The notes under the pieces were generated by a model that did no database searches, was not told the DNA's origin, and was given only the letters and a program-made list of their open reading frames with translations. A program made the position numbers and the translations under genes. Shown here piece after piece: positions 59,932 to 64,000 of a DNA stretch of 64,000 bases (positions are counted from its first letter, which is position 1; each line of letters begins with the position of its first letter). Source of the DNA: a bacterium (GTDB taxonomy: Bacteria; UBA8248); assembly GCA_965213625.1 (NCBI GenBank), contig CBDBZU010000004.1, positions 1,024,001 through 1,088,000 of the forward strand, read 5' to 3'.

Positions 59932-60705
59932 CTACGTGTAGACCTCCTGTATCCCGAAGTAATCCGGGTTGAAGTTCTCGACTATCTCGCTCACCTTGTT
60001 CACGCAAGCCTCGAAATACCGGCGGCCTTTCTCCGGCGTGGCCCGGCGCGGGTCTCCGTAGACGCCGTTGTGCACGCGGCTGTCGGGCAAACGCACGACC
60101 GACGTCACCCCGTGCTGAAAGGAGAGGACCAGTTCGGGCTTGTACTCCCAGTCTCCGAGTCTGTCGACGTGCACCATGTCCGGGCGGATGTGCATCATGA
60201 AGGACGTCTCGAACTCGTTCGCGTGGGTGCCCTCGCGGAAGTTGTCGCCGATGGCGTCGCAGGTTTCCTTGTCCACCATGAAGTAGCTTCCGGCGACGAT
60301 GAGTTTGTCTCCGTCCCGGCCGTAGCGGTCCATGAGCCTGAACATCATGGTCTGCAGCAGGGGCAGGTTGGGGTTGTGGCCGTTCAGAAAGAGAATCCGC
60401 TTGAAGCCGTTGCGCACGAGGCTTTCGGTGATCTCGGCGACGCACGTCATGAAGGTATCGGCAGTGAAGCTGATGGTGCCGGGGAAATTATCCCACACTT
60501 CCGAGTAGCCGTAGGGAAGCGGCGGGGCGACGAGGCAGCCCGTCCGGTCGCCGACGGCCTTTGCGACTTCAAACGAACTCGATATATCCACCTGAACCGG
60601 CAGGTGGGGGCCGTGCTGTTCGGTCGAGCCCACGGGCTGGATGATGACGGGGTTTTCGGGAAGCATGTCGCGAATTTCCATCCAGGTCAGGTCGCTTAGC
60701 ATCAT
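59932..60705 (-). CDS. Creatininase family amidohydrolase
   Basis: GSTEQHGPHLP..D, NGH, HANEFETS and GVYGDP..AT.EKG motifs. Confidence 0.88.
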   Translation of the reverse strand: MMLSDLTWMEIRDMLPENPVIIQPVGSTEQHGPHLPVQVDISSSFEVAKAVGDRTGCLVAPPLPYGYSEVWDNFPGTISFTADTFMTCVAEITESLVRNGFKRILFLNGHNPNLPLLQTMMFRLMDRYGRDGDKLIVAGSYFMVDKETCDAIGDNFREGTHANEFETSFMMHIRPDMVHVDRLGDWEYKPELVLSFQHGVTSVVRLPDSRVHNGVYGDPRRATPEKGRRYFEACVNKVSEIVENFNPDYFGIQEVYT

Positions 60706-60734
60706 GGCGTCGTTTCCTCCCTTGGGTTACGGAC

Positions 60735-61205
60735 TCAGCCGGAGACGGCCTCGGCGGGTTCTCCCTCATACATTTTGAACAGCGCCAGATCGAAGCCGTC
60801 CGGATCGTAGAAAATGGCGGCTCGCCAGTAGCGGCCTGGGCCTCGCCACGTCACCTGGGGCGGGGTGGCGAACCGCACGCCCTTGGCCACGAGTTCCTCA
60901 TAGGCGGCGTCCATGTCTTCGGGCTCGAAGGCGATGTGGCTGCTTCCCACGTCGTTCAGGGCCGGCGGATTGTCGTAGGACTTCCCCTCCTGTTCCAGGA
61001 ACTGGATGAGCTCCACGACAGCGCCTCCCGCCTGGAGCATGACGATCCGAAGCCTGCTGTCGGGCGTGGTCGAGGCGTACTGGATCCCCTCCTCATCGGA
61101 GGAGATGTCCTCCACCACTTCGAAGCCCAGGGTGTCGCGGTAAAACGCGATGGACTTTTCGATGTCCGAAACCGTTCTGCTGGAATGGTGCATGGGACCT
61201 ATCAT
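60735..61205 (-). CDS. VOC/glyoxalase family protein
   Basis: HH..TVSDIEKSIAFY, VELIQF, HIAF and DPDG motifs. Confidence 0.82.
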   Translation of the reverse strand: MIGPMHHSSRTVSDIEKSIAFYRDTLGFEVVEDISSDEEGIQYASTTPDSRLRIVMLQAGGAVVELIQFLEQEGKSYDNPPALNDVGSSHIAFEPEDMDAAYEELVAKGVRFATPPQVTWRGPGRYWRAAIFYDPDGFDLALFKMYEGEPAEAVSG

Positions 61206-61509
61206 GACGATCTCCCCCCATTGGTCTTGAGAAAACCTTGCGGGCCTACCGTCTTTCGGGATGGCGCCCGTACCGGAAATTTCATGTACGAGATATGTCG
61301 GCAATATAGCACAAAACAATTTTGGGAGCACGAAACGACCGGTGGAAGGGGGTTGTTGATATAGCCGCTGAGAGGGAAACCCCATAAAGTCAACCCCCCC
61401 TACCCCCCCTTGTCAGGGGGGCAAGAAAAAGCAACCCCCCATCGAACGGGCAAGAGCAAAGCCCCTCTGCCAGGCGGGGGCGTATCGCCTTTTTATACCC
61501 CCCTGACAA

Positions 61510-63029
61510 GGGGCTGTTAAAAAACCCCCGGCATTGTGATTGGGTGTAATGACACTATCTCGCCCGAGATGGGAGTTCCCTCGATGATAGGCAGCAAGAG
61601 GCGCGAGCAGATGGATTTGTTCGTGGCCGGTTCGCTGGATCGGCTGATCCCCGAGGATCACGTCCTGATGCGCGTGGACCGCGTACTGGATTTGAGTTGG
61701 CTTCGTGAGGAGGTGGCGGATTGCTATTGCGCGGACAATGGTCGACCGGGGATCGACCCGGAGGTGGCGCTCCGCTTGATGCTTGCGGGTATGTTGCTGG
61801 GCTACGTACACGACCGGCGTCTGCTTCGCGAGGCGCGTGCGCACCTGGCGATCCGGTGGTTCATCGGATACGGGTTGCACGAGGAGTTGCCGCATCATTC
61901 GAGCCTGACGCGGATTCGTCAGCGGTGGGGGGAGGCTCGGTTCAAGGAGATATTCCGCCGGACGGTGCAGGCTTGTCTGGAGGCGAATGTGGCGAAGGGG
62001 GAAGTGGTGCACGTGGACGCCTCGTTGATACGCGCGGACGTGAGCTGGGAGAGCCTGGCGGCGCACCACGCGGAGAAGGTGATTCAGGAGAATCCCGTCG
62101 ATGATGAGGTCGGGAAGAAGGGAGGAGGCCGCGGTGGCGGGGGTCCGGTGAGCCGGACGGACCCGGACGCGCGGCTTGCGCGCAAGAGCGCGCGGGCGGG
62201 GTTCGAGCCGAGCTACAAGCAGCACGCGGCGGTGGACGATGAGCGGGGTGTTGTTCTCGACGTGTCGGTGACGGAGGGGACGCGGAACGAGCGTGAGATG
62301 ATGGCGTCCCATATAGAGGCGGTAAGCGAGTTGTCGGGCCGCGCGCCGGAGATGGTGACGGCGGATTCGGGCTACGCGTACTCGAAGGTTTACGGCGAAT
62401 TGGAGCGGCGGGGCGTGGAAGCGCTGATACCAGCGAAGAAGGAACCCAGCCAGAGCCGTGTTCCGCTGCAGTTGTTCCACTACGATGCGCGCAACGAGGT
62501 GGTGAAGTGTCCGGGAGGCAAGACGCTGCGCCCCCGGCAGGCGACGGAGCGGGGGCGCTCCTATGTATCGAAGACGCGGGATTGCGCGGGCTGCGCGCTC
62601 AGGCCCGATTGTCTGTCGAAGTCGCGCACGAGCAGGACGGTGTTGATTCCGCACGCGTATCCGGCGCTGTTGCGCGCGCGTCGTCGCCATTTGCGATGGG
62701 GGGAGGAGGAGAAGCGGCTCTACGACCGCCACCGTTGGCGCTCGGAGGGTTATCACGGGGAAGCGAAGAGTTGGCACGGACTGGCGCGGGCGGTGCGCCG
62801 CGGTCTGGACAACATGAAGATCCAGTCCTACCTGACGGCGACTGCGGTGAACCTCAAGCGGCTGGCCGCCGCTTTTGCGGCGCGTATATTCGCCCTCTGG
62901 ACAGCCTGTGCCGCCCGGAGATGCCGTCTGCGTGTTCATCGCGCCCTCGCGCGCCGATTGGGATCCCTCCCTGCCGCCGCGTGAACCGCTGTTCCACCCG
63001 CTTCCAAAACGGGGTTTTTCAACAGACCC
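61510..63029 (+). mobile_element. IS1182-family insertion sequence, copy 2 (1520 bp)
   Basis: TIRs GGGGCTGTTAAAAAA / TTTTTCAACAGACCC; flanking direct repeat GACAA. Confidence 0.88.
61584..62984 (+). CDS. IS1182-family DDE transposase
   Basis: Near-identical to 21980-23380. Confidence 0.9.
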   Translation: MIGSKRREQMDLFVAGSLDRLIPEDHVLMRVDRVLDLSWLREEVADCYCADNGRPGIDPEVALRLMLAGMLLGYVHDRRLLREARAHLAIRWFIGYGLHEELPHHSSLTRIRQRWGEARFKEIFRRTVQACLEANVAKGEVVHVDASLIRADVSWESLAAHHAEKVIQENPVDDEVGKKGGGRGGGGPVSRTDPDARLARKSARAGFEPSYKQHAAVDDERGVVLDVSVTEGTRNEREMMASHIEAVSELSGRAPEMVTADSGYAYSKVYGELERRGVEALIPAKKEPSQSRVPLQLFHYDARNEVVKCPGGKTLRPRQATERGRSYVSKTRDCAGCALRPDCLSKSRTSRTVLIPHAYPALLRARRRHLRWGEEEKRLYDRHRWRSEGYHGEAKSWHGLARAVRRGLDNMKIQSYLTATAVNLKRLAAAFAARIFALWTACAARRCRLRVHRALARRLGSLPAAA

Positions 63030-63180
63030 GACAAGGGGGGGTAGGGGGGGTTGCTCTTCCAGTCGAGAGGGGCGTCTCCTCTACCCCCTAAAAAGGGGTC
63101 TTTTTCAACAACCCCTGAAGGAGGAGTCGCGGCACATGATGGCGAGGTGAATTGTGTAAAGAAAACTTCCCGAAACCCCT

Positions 63181-63978
63181 TCAACTCCCCCTGAAGTTCG
63201 GTTTGCGCTTCTCGTGAAAGGCCTCCACGCCCTCTTTGAAATCATCCGACTGGCGAAGCCGCGAGTAGCAATGCCCTTCGAGCTGGATGCCCAGGGACAA
63301 GAAGGTGTCTTCCGTTTCGTTGAGCAGGCGCTTAGCCGTTCGCTGCGCGAGCGGGGCGAACTGGCAAAGCTCCGCCACGAGGGAGTCCGTGGCCGCCTCC
63401 AGTTCTTCGTCCGGCACGACCTCGGTGACGATGCCCCACTCATACGCCTGGCTGCCGCCGATTCGCTTCGAACGCATGACGATGTGCTTCGTCCGCGTGA
63501 TGCCGATCATCTTCTGTAAGCGCGCCGAACCGCCCGAACCCGGAATCTGCCCCAGACGCTGTTCGGGCAGGGCGTAGAGTGCCGTATCGGATGCGACGCG
63601 GAAATCGCAAGCCAGCGAGATCTCGAAGCCCACGCCGAAGCAATAGCCGCGATTTGCGGCGATGGTCGGCTTAACGCACCGCGTGGGCGCGGCGATGTTG
63701 TCGGCCAGGTTCGATACGTGCTCGGGAGAGGCCTCCATGAAGCCGCGAATGAACCCGCCCGAGGAGAAATTGGGCCCCACCGCGCGCAGCACGATGACGC
63801 GCACGCGCTCATCAAGATCCAGATTCTCGAAGGCGGCGCGCAACTCCTCACGCTGGCCCATGCTGATCGTGTTCATCTCGCCGCGGTCGAGAATGATGTC
63901 GCCGCGCTGTTGCCCGGCGTCTATCTCGACCGTGAAGCCGTCGAAACTCGCGCCGTGTAGGTCTTCGCCGTGTGCCAT
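63181..63978 (-). CDS. hmfE: Crotonase-family protein resembling 2-oxoglutaroyl-CoA hydrolase of furoate degradation
   Basis: DGF.VEID, FSSGG.I.GF.EASPEHVS, ALPEQ.LGQIPGSGGSARL and LEGHCYSRLRQSDDF match my recollection of HmfE-type proteins. Confidence 0.65.
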   Translation of the reverse strand: MAHGEDLHGASFDGFTVEIDAGQQRGDIILDRGEMNTISMGQREELRAAFENLDLDERVRVIVLRAVGPNFSSGGFIRGFMEASPEHVSNLADNIAAPTRCVKPTIAANRGYCFGVGFEISLACDFRVASDTALYALPEQRLGQIPGSGGSARLQKMIGITRTKHIVMRSKRIGGSQAYEWGIVTEVVPDEELEAATDSLVAELCQFAPLAQRTAKRLLNETEDTFLSLGIQLEGHCYSRLRQSDDFKEGVEAFHEKRKPNFRGS

Positions 63979-64000
63979 CGTCTGGGTTCTCCTCTGTCTC

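Larger units (their letters stand above)
61349..63115. repeat. Palindromic G/C-run repeat element with IS-like ends, interrupted by IS copy 2
   Basis: Ends GGGGTTGTTGATATAG / CTTTTTCAACAACCCC; internal arms CCCCCCCTACCCCCCCTTGTCAGGGGGG and CCCCCCTGACAA[IS]GACAAGGGGGGGTAGGGGGGG. Confidence 0.6.

Overview
High-GC bacterial chromosomal window with no rRNA, tRNA or CRISPR array seen. The split F1/F0 atp operon, many ABC, LLM and FAH catabolic genes and the autotransporter style suggest a marine, possibly host- or sponge-associated Nitrospinota/Tectomicrobia/deltaproteobacterial-like organism; this is inference only. Content: housekeeping genes (nfo-like, trxB, orphan nuoI, pncB, DHH phosphoesterase, atpF'FHAGDC), several ABC transporter and catabolic clusters, tandem-duplicated solute-binding proteins and E1 alpha/beta pairs, two inverted IS1182-family copies, and REP/REPIN clusters bounded by IS-like inverted repeats. 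The top finding is missed by the ORF track: a two-gene probable selenoprotein unit just upstream of trxB. It comprises a glutaredoxin/NrdH-like protein with a UxxC motif (2134-2379, TGA at 2173) overlapping a 99-aa LysW-like zinc-ribbon protein in which both CxxC knuckles are CxxU (2376-2675, TGAs at 2412 and 2475). Each TGA is followed by a candidate SECIS hairpin. Other notable items are a 1553-aa autotransporter whose passenger is built from tandem Cache-like repeats, a probable amidohydrolase-related dinuclear oxygenase with a Rieske ferredoxin, and candidate structured non-coding RNAs.
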